Source: a virus
Taxonomy: Duplodnaviria > Caudoviricetes
DNA length: 64,000 bases
IMG/VR virus record: IMGVR_UViG_3300021400_000379
Span: 1 to 64,000 of that record
Reading direction: 5' to 3' (one strand)
Every line of letters begins with the position of its first letter. Position 1 is the stretch's first letter. The translations under genes were made by a program, and so were the position numbers. The notes under the pieces were generated by a model, which saw only the letters and a program-made list of their open reading frames with translations, made no database searches and was not told where the DNA came from. Below, piece after piece: positions 56,301-64,000 of this stretch.

Positions 56301-59300
56301 TGGAGACCATACCGCGTGTACAACGATTGCTCCAGCTCTAGCAGGAACGCTATACCCTACGACTTCACCCGCTTCCTCGGTCGGAACGATGCCCTCTCCC
56401 TCCCATGCGGACCATGTGCGGGTCTCCATCAGCGGGACGATATTCGTCAATTGAATGGTCTGCCCCGTATAATCGGTATAATACCTGCGGAGATTCGCGG
56501 GAGTCGTACCCGTCGGCCAAACGCCCCCGTCCAAGTCGTAGACAAGGTCTGTGGTCCATGCCGCATATAGCGTCTTGCTCTCGGTAGCATTTGCGGCCAG
56601 TGTGACAGCGGACTCCAAAGCCCCGTTCTGGGTAAGAGTCCATCCTCCGTGTATATGCTGACTGTCTCCGCTGGCGGCTCTGTATCCGCCGAGTTGCCAA
56701 GTTCTATCCATCACGGTCTCGGTAGATCTCCTGATCCAATTTATCCTAGCGGGAAGGATGACGTTGTTCCCCGCGGTGGCGTCGGTGTTCTCGAACGAGA
56801 TGGTAGATAGTTTGAACTGTATCTGAGAAGATGGGACGACTCCGCTGGAGGCGTTTATATTAATCGGCTTGAAGGTGAATGAATATGTGCCAGCGTCACA
56901 TTCGCTGAAATCCAGTTCTACCGTAGATACATTGGAATTACGGGTAATCCTGACGGGGACCGATCCCGTAGACGCCTGCGAATCGAGCACTATGGTCGGA
57001 TTGGCCGCGTCCGTCGGGGTCGCAATATATCTGATGGTCACCTTGTCTGGGCCGATTTCCACTCCGCTTTCCGTAAGGGTCGTGACGAACTTACCCCAGG
57101 TGGCATAGAAAACCACCTGGCTATTCTCCTCAGGATATGCACCCAACGCGTTGAGATATGTGCCGTAATAGTCTATTCCTGCGGAATATTCAGGAGTGCC
57201 GTCGATTGTCCTTGCAAATCCCATGAACGAGTTGTGTCCGCCATCCTCCAGGGCCACGATCTGTTCGCTGGTAGCGAAATCAGAGATGTCCAACACATTC
57301 GACTCGCCATAGGTCACAGGCATGATATAAGTCTCCGGCGCAGTGGCGTCGTTAGCACCTTTGTTGACCAGGAGTCTATATGTGGAATGCCTGCACTCCG
57401 CGAACAGACGGATGGTTGCGGAGCCTCCGGGTATAGAGCTCGCCTGGACTGTCGCGACCAATCCATCGTTCTCGGGGGTGTACACGATTGGTCCTGTGGA
57501 AAGATTAACTCCGTCTGGGTCATATGTCTGCCCAAGATATATCTTCGAGACATGCCACTTCGCTTGGGTCTCGGCAGACACATATTCCTGATCCGTCGGA
57601 ATTCCGAGCTTGGACACGGCGTTAATGGTGATGGTGTTTCCGAAGTCCGCTACCCAAGGTCCGAAATATCTAGGCTTGTAATTGTCCTCAGGGATTCCGT
57701 AGTACAGCATCAGCGTATACTGCGTGGTCCAGTCTGCGACATATTTAGGTGTGGCCGTTGTAGCTGCGAATGTATTGAATGCCACAGGGGTCTCTGCACG
57801 GCCACCTGCGTCAATCTCATGCGCAGGAGTATCAATGTCATCCCATCCGTTGAATACTCCTCCTCCCGTAGGCGTGAGGGTAGTCAGCGAGTACCTGACC
57901 TCGAAGGTGTATCCAGTCATGGCGGTACCGCTCATCGAAGGTACGAACCAATAATCCGCGGAGGGGGTCTGGCTCGGAGTAGTGTTATCGACACGAGAGT
58001 AATCTCCCGCATCTATCGGGCCCACCACGGTCTTGACCGGTTCTCCATCCTCTACGAATACCACATTTTGGACAGATGATGTGTAGGAGGTGTAGTAGGA
58101 TACTTCTACCGTGAACTTGGGAGAATATATACTGTAGACTGTTCCAGAGACCGTGGTCGTCAGCGTGACTTTATCCTTGGAATATGCCTGCACCTCCAGA
58201 TTAGACGCGCTCCACCCTCTGAAGGTGTATCCCTCTGTCGGACGGATGGCGTTCAGCATAGAGGTCAGAGCGACGGGTGACTGTCCCGCAGTGGTGCAGG
58301 TCCATACTCCCCCGACCTTCTCTATCGTCCAGATAGTCCCAGAATTTTGAATGGTCCAAGTGATTCCTGTGTCAGCTTCATGCTTCCTGGGCAGGGCGGA
58401 GGGGGCGATGTACGCGCCATTCTCCCTGATCGTCGCCTCGAAAGCTCCTACCAGAGTCTTCTTCATGGACATCGTGCATCCCTGTGCGATCAGGAAGGAG
58501 ATCGTACGGGTGTACATCCTCTCCCTCTCTACTGTCAGAACGATCTTCTGTCCGGGTTTGACCGCGATTGTAGTGTAAGTCCCTGTTGCAGAATAGATAA
58601 CGGAGCTCCCGCTAATGACCCAGCCGTCGAAATACCAGCCGTCCACCTGCGTACTGCGCCCGCTCTCGTCCACATATGTGCCCGCTTCCAATACAGGTAC
58701 ATTGCTGATGATCTGGTGTTGCATGTTGCTGCCGATATACCCTGTGAGAGTTATCGTCGTCTCCTCGGGTGTGTCATTGGGTGCCCAGCTCTCTCCTCCT
58801 CCGTTGCGGTTGGGATCCAATACATATGAGACTGTGCCCTGTCCCTTCCAGACCGCGTAATAGATATAGTCTGCCCCAATGTCTACGGATGAGCCAGCAG
58901 CATGGATTACGCCCGTATCATCGATTGTAGGGCCGTATCCGATGAAGTTTCCGTTCTCGAACAAAGCCGCCGTAGTCCAGCCGTGATAGGTGTATTGAAG
59001 CCCGTCTTTGGTCCAGCCCGGAATTGCGGCTGGCGCTGTTCCAGAGAGGTGTGTCGTAGCTTTCACCGTTGAATACGCCGTCCAAGCGGGAGACCATACG
59101 GTCACGGTGGAGAATGTGCTGGAATTCTCTCCAGCGGGGCGACGATCGTCATAGAACTTAGAGTCGTATCTACGCTTATATTGTTCCGAACGGACATACT
59201 GGAGGTCCAATACCGTGTTTGCAGTGAATGTATACTGGGTGCCAAAGGAATATTCCGTAGACCCGCCTTGCACTTTGTATTTATTCGGCGTGAGTGTGGT

Positions 59301-61484
59301 CTTGGCCTGGGCGGTGAACGCATCCTCTGTGGCGTATGCGACGCTTGTCTTGACGATCTCGGTATATCCGCTGGAGGGGATGGTATAGTGCCATTGGACC
59401 CTGTGCGTCAAGCCCACGGTAGTTGAGGTATATCCGCCTACGGATAGGGTCTCGGATTCTGTCGCATGATGTGCGGGGACGATGGTAACGGCATCTGGGT
59501 CATACGCTCTGAGCGTGAGTGTGACCTTTAAGAACGGTACCGCATACAAAGTCAGGTTCTGCATATCCGTGATGTTCAGTATCGTCCTCTTCCCGGACTC
59601 ATATGCGAACGCCCAGTATTTCGCGGTATCCTCCGCGTCTATGGTATAGCTGGTCTCAGTACCAACGGTCGTACCCTGTGTCCAAGTAGGGATTGTGGTC
59701 CTGGAGGTTTGGGTTGCAGAGAGGTGCCACCCCTCATAGGTGTCTGTCGAGGTATCTGCTGGGTCATATGCAGAGACCCATTCGATTATCCAGTCATTCG
59801 CGTCTCCAAACCCGCTTACCGTGTCCTTATATGCGTTGCTGGCGGTATCATTCTTCTTCTTATACAGTGTCAGGGTGTGCGGGACGAGTGTATACGTTGC
59901 GGTCGCAGTAACACTCTGCGCGGGCATAGTGTTATTAGAAGAAGTCCAAGTATAAGTGTGACCGTAGGCGTATGCTACCGTATGATTCGGATCCATTCCC
60001 GCGCTGGCAATGTTTGTGGATATATTGGACCCGTAGGGGAATTTCTTGGTCTTGGATCCGGACACATTCACGCGCCTATAGACCTTTGTCACGTCCAACG
60101 ACCATTGTATGGTAAGATCATACCAATCCAGCCTGTATTTGGCATAAAGTGTGATGTTTCCGTATGCTCCGCCTGTCGCCGTCGAGATCTGTGCCAAGGT
60201 TATAGTGAACGACGCGGGTTTTGAGGAATCCGACTCCCCGGACGCAGTATCATCCGATACCTGTGTGAAGCCCCACCCTGTACATGTATATCCCGTGCGC
60301 CCCGTTGCTGCATAAATAGTCAAACTAGCGGTCTCTACAGTATAGTACGTCGGATTTCCAGTAGATGCTGTACCTTGCCCCGCATTGTATGTAATCGTAT
60401 ACTTATGCGGAGTCCAGTAAGCATATAGCGTGAGATTTTGATGTTCTGACGCAGGGGTGATTGTGGTGACTTTATTAGCGAAGCTATCCTCCCGATACCA
60501 TCCCTGGAAATCATAATGAGCCCTCCGTGTGGCTGCTTGTGTCTCAAGATCGATCTGGGAGGATTCTACCGTGTACGTTATTGGTGATACCGCAGAACCA
60601 CTGTTGGTCTGGAAGGTGATTGTATATGTTATAGGGGTCCATTTCGCCCAAATCTCTACGTCACCTATTGACCCCGCAGGAATTCCTGTTATCTGGGTCG
60701 TACCTTGTGCGTCGGTGTACCACCCCGAGAAGTTGTAATAACTTCTCGAAGGGTCGGCAAAGGTGATTGCACTGGACTCAACCGTATACTTTAACGGATT
60801 CGCTATCGCGTTGATCCCAGGAGAGACATGGTATGTGATGGTGTATTCAATCACACCCCATTTCGCGTATAATGTCAGATTACGGGCGGTCTCCGAGGGA
60901 GTGATCGCAGTCAATGGGTCTCCCGAATACTCCGCATTGTCATACCATCCCGCAAAGGTGTACCCCCTCCTTGTGGATATTGCACTGGTTGCAAGATCAA
61001 TCTGGGAGGATTCTACCGTGTACGTTATTGGTGATACCGCAGATCCGTTCACGGTATCGAACGATAGAGTATATTGTATCGGTGTCCAGGTCGCGGTAAG
61101 GGTCATTCCCGTTTCCGAGACTGTATCCTCGGAAGCTTGCCACGCCAGAGAATATCCTGTCTTAGTTACGGTCTGGGCAAAGTCGGCCAACACGTCTGCT
61201 TTGGCCATTCCAAGCGGAAAATCTTTGGTATATCCTCCTTGTATAGGGGTCCATCCTGCGGGAGCGGAGGGCACCGTCCCCCCACTGAGAAGTACTCTGG
61301 CAAATCCCGCGCCGGTTACAGTGTATTGGTCGGGAACAAGTACAAGCGAATAACTCTCGCGCTCCGTAGTATTCGGAATATACAATAATTCCTCTACTGG
61401 GGAGAAGACGAGTGAGTAACTGGTACGCTCAGTGGTATTCGGGAGCGAATCCCCCGCGTTAATATATTCTGTCAGTATCTCCAC
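53349..61484 (-). CDS. giant tail adhesin (2711 aa): Listeria-Bacteroides (InlB B-type) repeats, tail domain, Gly-rich C-terminal domain
   Basis: Repeated R.GY.F.GWY...TLYAKW units; AVGGGGGGGS...GGGGGSG...GADGVIIIE. Confidence 0.8.
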   Translation of the reverse strand: MEILTEYINAGDSLPNTTERTSYSLVFSPVEELLYIPNTTERESYSLVLVPDQYTVTGAGFARVLLSGGTVPSAPAGWTPIQGGYTKDFPLGMAKADVLADFAQTVTKTGYSLAWQASEDTVSETGMTLTATWTPIQYTLSFDTVNGSAVSPITYTVESSQIDLATSAISTRRGYTFAGWYDNAEYSGDPLTAITPSETARNLTLYAKWGVIEYTITYHVSPGINAIANPLKYTVESSAITFADPSRSYYNFSGWYTDAQGTTQITGIPAGSIGDVEIWAKWTPITYTITFQTNSGSAVSPITYTVESSQIDLETQAATRRAHYDFQGWYREDSFANKVTTITPASEHQNLTLYAYWTPHKYTITYNAGQGTASTGNPTYYTVETASLTIYAATGRTGYTCTGWGFTQVSDDTASGESDSSKPASFTITLAQISTATGGAYGNITLYAKYRLDWYDLTIQWSLDVTKVYRRVNVSGSKTKKFPYGSNISTNIASAGMDPNHTVAYAYGHTYTWTSSNNTMPAQSVTATATYTLVPHTLTLYKKKNDTASNAYKDTVSGFGDANDWIIEWVSAYDPADTSTDTYEGWHLSATQTSRTTIPTWTQGTTVGTETSYTIDAEDTAKYWAFAYESGKRTILNITDMQNLTLYAVPFLKVTLTLRAYDPDAVTIVPAHHATESETLSVGGYTSTTVGLTHRVQWHYTIPSSGYTEIVKTSVAYATEDAFTAQAKTTLTPNKYKVQGGSTEYSFGTQYTFTANTVLDLQYVRSEQYKRRYDSKFYDDRRPAGENSSTFSTVTVWSPAWTAYSTVKATTHLSGTAPAAIPGWTKDGLQYTYHGWTTAALFENGNFIGYGPTIDDTGVIHAAGSSVDIGADYIYYAVWKGQGTVSYVLDPNRNGGGESWAPNDTPEETTITLTGYIGSNMQHQIISNVPVLEAGTYVDESGRSTQVDGWYFDGWVISGSSVIYSATGTYTTIAVKPGQKIVLTVERERMYTRTISFLIAQGCTMSMKKTLVGAFEATIRENGAYIAPSALPRKHEADTGITWTIQNSGTIWTIEKVGGVWTCTTAGQSPVALTSMLNAIRPTEGYTFRGWSASNLEVQAYSKDKVTLTTTVSGTVYSIYSPKFTVEVSYYTSYTSSVQNVVFVEDGEPVKTVVGPIDAGDYSRVDNTTPSQTPSADYWFVPSMSGTAMTGYTFEVRYSLTTLTPTGGGVFNGWDDIDTPAHEIDAGGRAETPVAFNTFAATTATPKYVADWTTQYTLMLYYGIPEDNYKPRYFGPWVADFGNTITINAVSKLGIPTDQEYVSAETQAKWHVSKIYLGQTYDPDGVNLSTGPIVYTPENDGLVATVQASSIPGGSATIRLFAECRHSTYRLLVNKGANDATAPETYIMPVTYGESNVLDISDFATSEQIVALEDGGHNSFMGFARTIDGTPEYSAGIDYYGTYLNALGAYPEENSQVVFYATWGKFVTTLTESGVEIGPDKVTIRYIATPTDAANPTIVLDSQASTGSVPVRITRNSNVSTVELDFSECDAGTYSFTFKPININASSGVVPSSQIQFKLSTISFENTDATAGNNVILPARINWIRRSTETVMDRTWQLGGYRAASGDSQHIHGGWTLTQNGALESAVTLAANATESKTLYAAWTTDLVYDLDGGVWPTGTTPANLRRYYTDYTGQTIQLTNIVPLMETRTWSAWEGEGIVPTEEAGEVVGYSVPARAGAIVVHAVWSPKNLEWAWASTEYSCIGPVAWETEDHETYEYLDITPAVSWIDQTTDTVRAIAFNTQDNVISHVTDLAIPYGNQATVELYVMAIANPLWAKSFVIPGESLDVTIPFSQFPKVIFQAGVGYVTGLMYRFSNPSDPSSELIPINGSGETQVTLTLTPGETVRIYVDPTNPDYTLLTPSLTETKGVSILDASYTQVRSDMDNTGNWIVLSNKYAHTLDMRLPQKPAEIRTYKLVTDSSGYWIFNEIYASWLAATGKQTQHFEARVQGATTQYVSVETFGATFVSERADEGLYAVDFVTYPEAVQGESPKEKHNVLLLKILDELPLAPLCVVTKYPTKHKEDMQKLYLSTETQPNLAITNVRRKVRVQLNQSPMLTKSSEFNYIIDLGNLETCIITVTRTPPAKPNDRSHNPADWSTNKWVKYVKTFFDQWQNSNYDVKEERSGGYNLILDPLISYNGYPKIDKNVFLSAPLQYPYNRAGVTLTLQFTVASMRGRNAIKKQSIVFRYVNRDGQVKGITLETYNGVYIAPQFPEDVLQEEGTEPACWAYTVEESAPVSEGSTVMEKKTVTRYAYPGDELPITLQTIKEEGQDIDSTQVFTIKYRRVLGVVVFEAPVNGSYEVRIPHDTLWNTILEGNTHAYAKCIAVGGGGGGGSSYATGEKITGGNDIIRFKLASFMVGGGGGSGFTVARTVHISKEGIREFSLTLGAGGASEINGESSEIRYGSALIVSAGGGEAGGRDKRGTGAYNGGENSTSKDVDLRWDSGEAIKGSQGSPTDGELSKNSSTGEADPDSIRGGMGYGAYPNNNPVVYPSSGGAAANINRHYRASSNIWVVSGRSATGDAEFSGRQAQAKLIRSLGGCILSQTATSTKDPTCTVTSSAGNARYGGGGCSKLRWQDYDLNIKEMVEVVKVPIEQQMHAFSPGGAIINAFNINTWKAALGVVTNTVNYTVNYVHKALDYGACTYTTPGGAGADGVIIIEFLGDVINNG

Positions 61485-63226
61485 CTCTGGATAGTATATA
61501 AGTATGTACGGGGCCCAATCTCGGTCTGAACCTCTTTAGAATACTGTATCTCGGGCACCGCGATGGACTCACCGGGCTGGACAGTATATGTCCTCAGAAT
61601 GTTGCCGTCTACGTCCTGGAGCTGTACTTGAAGGTCATCCTGGACCAGCGTGGTCGCATAATATGCAACTTGTCCATAAGATGTTGCACCTTTTGTGAAC
61701 ACCAAGGAAGATTGATTATACACTGTAGTGAGCGAAGTGCAACCGCGGAACGCATACATTTCGATAGAGGTGACCGTGGATGGAATAGTGATTGTTGTGA
61801 GTGAAGTGCATTCGTAGAACGCTTCGTTTCTGATGATTTTTACCGAGTTGGGAATGGTGATGGAGGTCAGCGAGGCGCATTTGCGGAACGCAGCGGATCC
61901 GATGTCCGTGACCGAGTCGGGGATGATGTATAAGGCGTTATTCTTCCCCACAGGGTATAGGATCAATGTTGTCTTGGCCTTGCTGAACAGTACTCCCTCC
62001 TCAGAGGAATATGTGGTATTGGATTCTGCAACGGTAGTCGATTCCAGAGAAGTGCATCCGTAGAACGCTTGGACCCCCATGTACGTCATCGAGTTACCTA
62101 TAGTCACAGATGCGAGCGATGTACAGTAGTAGAATGCTTGGATTCCGATTGACGTGACTGAGTCGGGGATGGCGACCGAGGTCAGTGAGGTACAATTCCT
62201 AAACGCATAGGGTCCGATGGTCGTGACCAAGTTGGGAATGGTGATGGAGGTCAGCGAGGCGCAATAGGAAAACGCACTACTTCCGATGGTCGTTACCGAG
62301 TCGGGGATGGTGACGGATGTGAGGGAGGTGCAACCGTAGAACGTACCAGGTTCAATGGACGTGACCGAATCGGGGATAGTGACGGATGTGAGGGAGGTGC
62401 AGCCGTTGAAAGCATTTGTTCCGATAGATATGACCGAGTTGGGGATGGTGATGGAGGTCAGCGAGGTGTATATGTAGAACGCACGCGTATATATCTCATA
62501 GTTCCCTCCGTTGATAGTCTCCGGCAGGATCACGGATGATTCGTTCCCGATGTACTTGATGAGATAATTCGTCCCTGCACTTCTCCCGTAGACGAACTTT
62601 CCGTTGAGGACCCCCACAGTGGCATCATCGACCGAGGTGAACACGTTCATCGCATGATACGCGACAGATCCGTTATCCGAGGAACCTTTCGTGACGGTAA
62701 GACCGCTGAGATTGATAACTTCAAAGAGCGAAATGCAACCGGTGAACGCGTAGGTTTCGATGGTCGTGACTGAGTTGGGGATGGTGATGGAAGTCAGTGA
62801 GGTACAATCGTGGAACGCCCAGCCTCCAATGGATGTTATCCCTGGGTTACCTCCGGATGTATCACTATTAAAGTGTACTGCGGAAATCTGAGTTTTATAA
62901 TCAATCCATGGCGGATCACTTGCATTAGGCCAATTCGTCATCGCGCCGTACCCACTGATTGTGAGTACTCCCTGATCGTCCAAGTCCCAGGTCAAATTAT
63001 CTCCGCATGTTCCGTTCGCGACTGAAGTCATGTTATTATCCTCTTGGGTATCTATTGCTGGCTCGGGCGGTACAGGGTTCGGAACCACCACCTCTGGCTC
63101 GGGCTCAACATAGGGCCCTGTCTCGACATATGGGTCAGACCCAGCCAGTATTTCGTATCCTACTATTCCGCCCGCGGCTATTGCGCAGACTGCGATAATC
63201 CCTATTATCGCGTGGATACTGTTCAT
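61472..63226 (-). CDS. BspA-type leucine-rich-repeat adhesin with N-terminal membrane anchor
   Basis: GTCGDNLTW.L...GVLTISG.GAM; repeated CTSLTSITIPNSVTSIG..AF. Confidence 0.9.
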   Translation of the reverse strand: MNSIHAIIGIIAVCAIAAGGIVGYEILAGSDPYVETGPYVEPEPEVVVPNPVPPEPAIDTQEDNNMTSVANGTCGDNLTWDLDDQGVLTISGYGAMTNWPNASDPPWIDYKTQISAVHFNSDTSGGNPGITSIGGWAFHDCTSLTSITIPNSVTTIETYAFTGCISLFEVINLSGLTVTKGSSDNGSVAYHAMNVFTSVDDATVGVLNGKFVYGRSAGTNYLIKYIGNESSVILPETINGGNYEIYTRAFYIYTSLTSITIPNSVISIGTNAFNGCTSLTSVTIPDSVTSIEPGTFYGCTSLTSVTIPDSVTTIGSSAFSYCASLTSITIPNLVTTIGPYAFRNCTSLTSVAIPDSVTSIGIQAFYYCTSLASVTIGNSMTYMGVQAFYGCTSLESTTVAESNTTYSSEEGVLFSKAKTTLILYPVGKNNALYIIPDSVTDIGSAAFRKCASLTSITIPNSVKIIRNEAFYECTSLTTITIPSTVTSIEMYAFRGCTSLTTVYNQSSLVFTKGATSYGQVAYYATTLVQDDLQVQLQDVDGNILRTYTVQPGESIAVPEIQYSKEVQTEIGPRTYLYTIQRWRY

Positions 63227-63262
63227 GCGTCTGTATCTGTATCCCTAAATAAATAACCGCGG

Positions 63263-63985
63263 TCAAGATACGTATGTTTCGCTGAGCATAAGGTGGCCCG
63301 GCGCATTACAAACGATCCTGTCAGTACTTGGATCCTGATAGATCATGACGTACTCCTCTGGGTGAGTAAGGTCCTCGACCTTGATATTGAGCTCGCCTCT
63401 CACATTCTGGGACAAGTCATATCTATACGGTACCAAGTTCTCTACCACTATCGAAATGGACGTACAATCGACACTATCCAGTTTATCCACTAAAACGGTG
63501 CTGTCCGCGTCCCAGCCCATGGACCTTACAACAACATCTGTGACCTTGAACTGGATATTCGATAAGTTCCTATGTATCTGCTCATCCTCGGTACTGGCAC
63601 TAGACCTCATGGTAAGCTCTGGCAGGGGCAGGGACATCTCGTTATAAGATGAGTTCCCATACTGGTAGCCCCCCGTGAAAACTCTCTGCCTGAAGGTCTT
63701 CGAATCCTTTGCGAATACCGTACACGAGAACGTATTGCTTGACTCCTCTTCCGTATATGTCCTCGCTACAGCCAGTAATATGCCATGTTTGAGCACGACC
63801 GTGTTCTTCATCTGTACCGATAGTGCCAGCACATCGGAAATCGGCTCATCCCCGATATACAGGCAGGAATATTGGACAGGATTAGGAATCCGCTTCCGAT
63901 AGTCCGTCCCGTTCAGGATGCCTGTGACCAGCCCCGCAGAAATACCCAGCTTCTGGTCGGCGAACACCCCGCTCAGATGTACCAT
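63263..63985 (-). CDS. hypothetical protein in the tail module
   Basis: 240 aa ORF; start uncertain at window edge. Confidence 0.6.
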   Translation of the reverse strand: MVHLSGVFADQKLGISAGLVTGILNGTDYRKRIPNPVQYSCLYIGDEPISDVLALSVQMKNTVVLKHGILLAVARTYTEEESSNTFSCTVFAKDSKTFRQRVFTGGYQYGNSSYNEMSLPLPELTMRSSASTEDEQIHRNLSNIQFKVTDVVVRSMGWDADSTVLVDKLDSVDCTSISIVVENLVPYRYDLSQNVRGELNIKVEDLTHPEEYVMIYQDPSTDRIVCNAPGHLMLSETYVS

Positions 63986-64000
63986 CGCCTGCGAGGTCCC

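Noticed and set aside
44855-63226. Diversity-generating retroelement or invertible fibre cassette
   Set aside because: No reverse transcriptase or recombinase in the window, and the repeats seen do not show adenine-specific differences
1-64000. Integrase, att site or host flank
   Set aside because: None recognisable, so provirus status cannot be decided from this window

Overview
The whole window is part of a tailed archaeal virus genome (HK97-type head). I see no host genes and no integrase. A host among gut or rumen Methanomassiliicoccales-like archaea is inferred from archaeal-type tRNAs, GAGGTGA/GGTGA ribosome-binding sites, TATA boxes in front of leaderless genes, and BspA and Listeria-Bacteroides repeat adhesins. 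The left arm (163-26329, + strand) holds about 60 tightly packed early or accessory genes. These include a four-gene NAD module (nicotinamidase, Prs-like, NAMPT-fold, NadE), a C5 DNA methyltransferase, PcfJ-, GP88-, Lar-, AbrB- and DUF2958-like proteins, an HNH nuclease and many Zn-finger microproteins. An AT-rich, repeat-rich origin-like region lies near its start (550-935). The right arm (26346-64000, mostly - strand) holds the capsid, protease, portal and terminase genes, a cluster of 9 tRNAs on the + strand, and tail, fibre and adhesin genes. Main finding 1: TAG appears not to be used as a stop. All ~90 genes I called end in TGA or TAA, and five genes, one of them a tail gene, carry a single in-frame TAG whose read-through fills the gap to the next gene or terminator. 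This points to a virus using amber as a sense codon, most likely host pyrrolysine. Main finding 2: the NAD module looks like a deamidated (nicotinate) variant of the phage NARP1 NAD-reconstitution pathway. Main finding 3: the tRNA cluster includes tRNA-Ile(UAU), two C33 tRNAs and interspersed non-tRNA hairpins. Family assignments come from motif recognition, not database searches.
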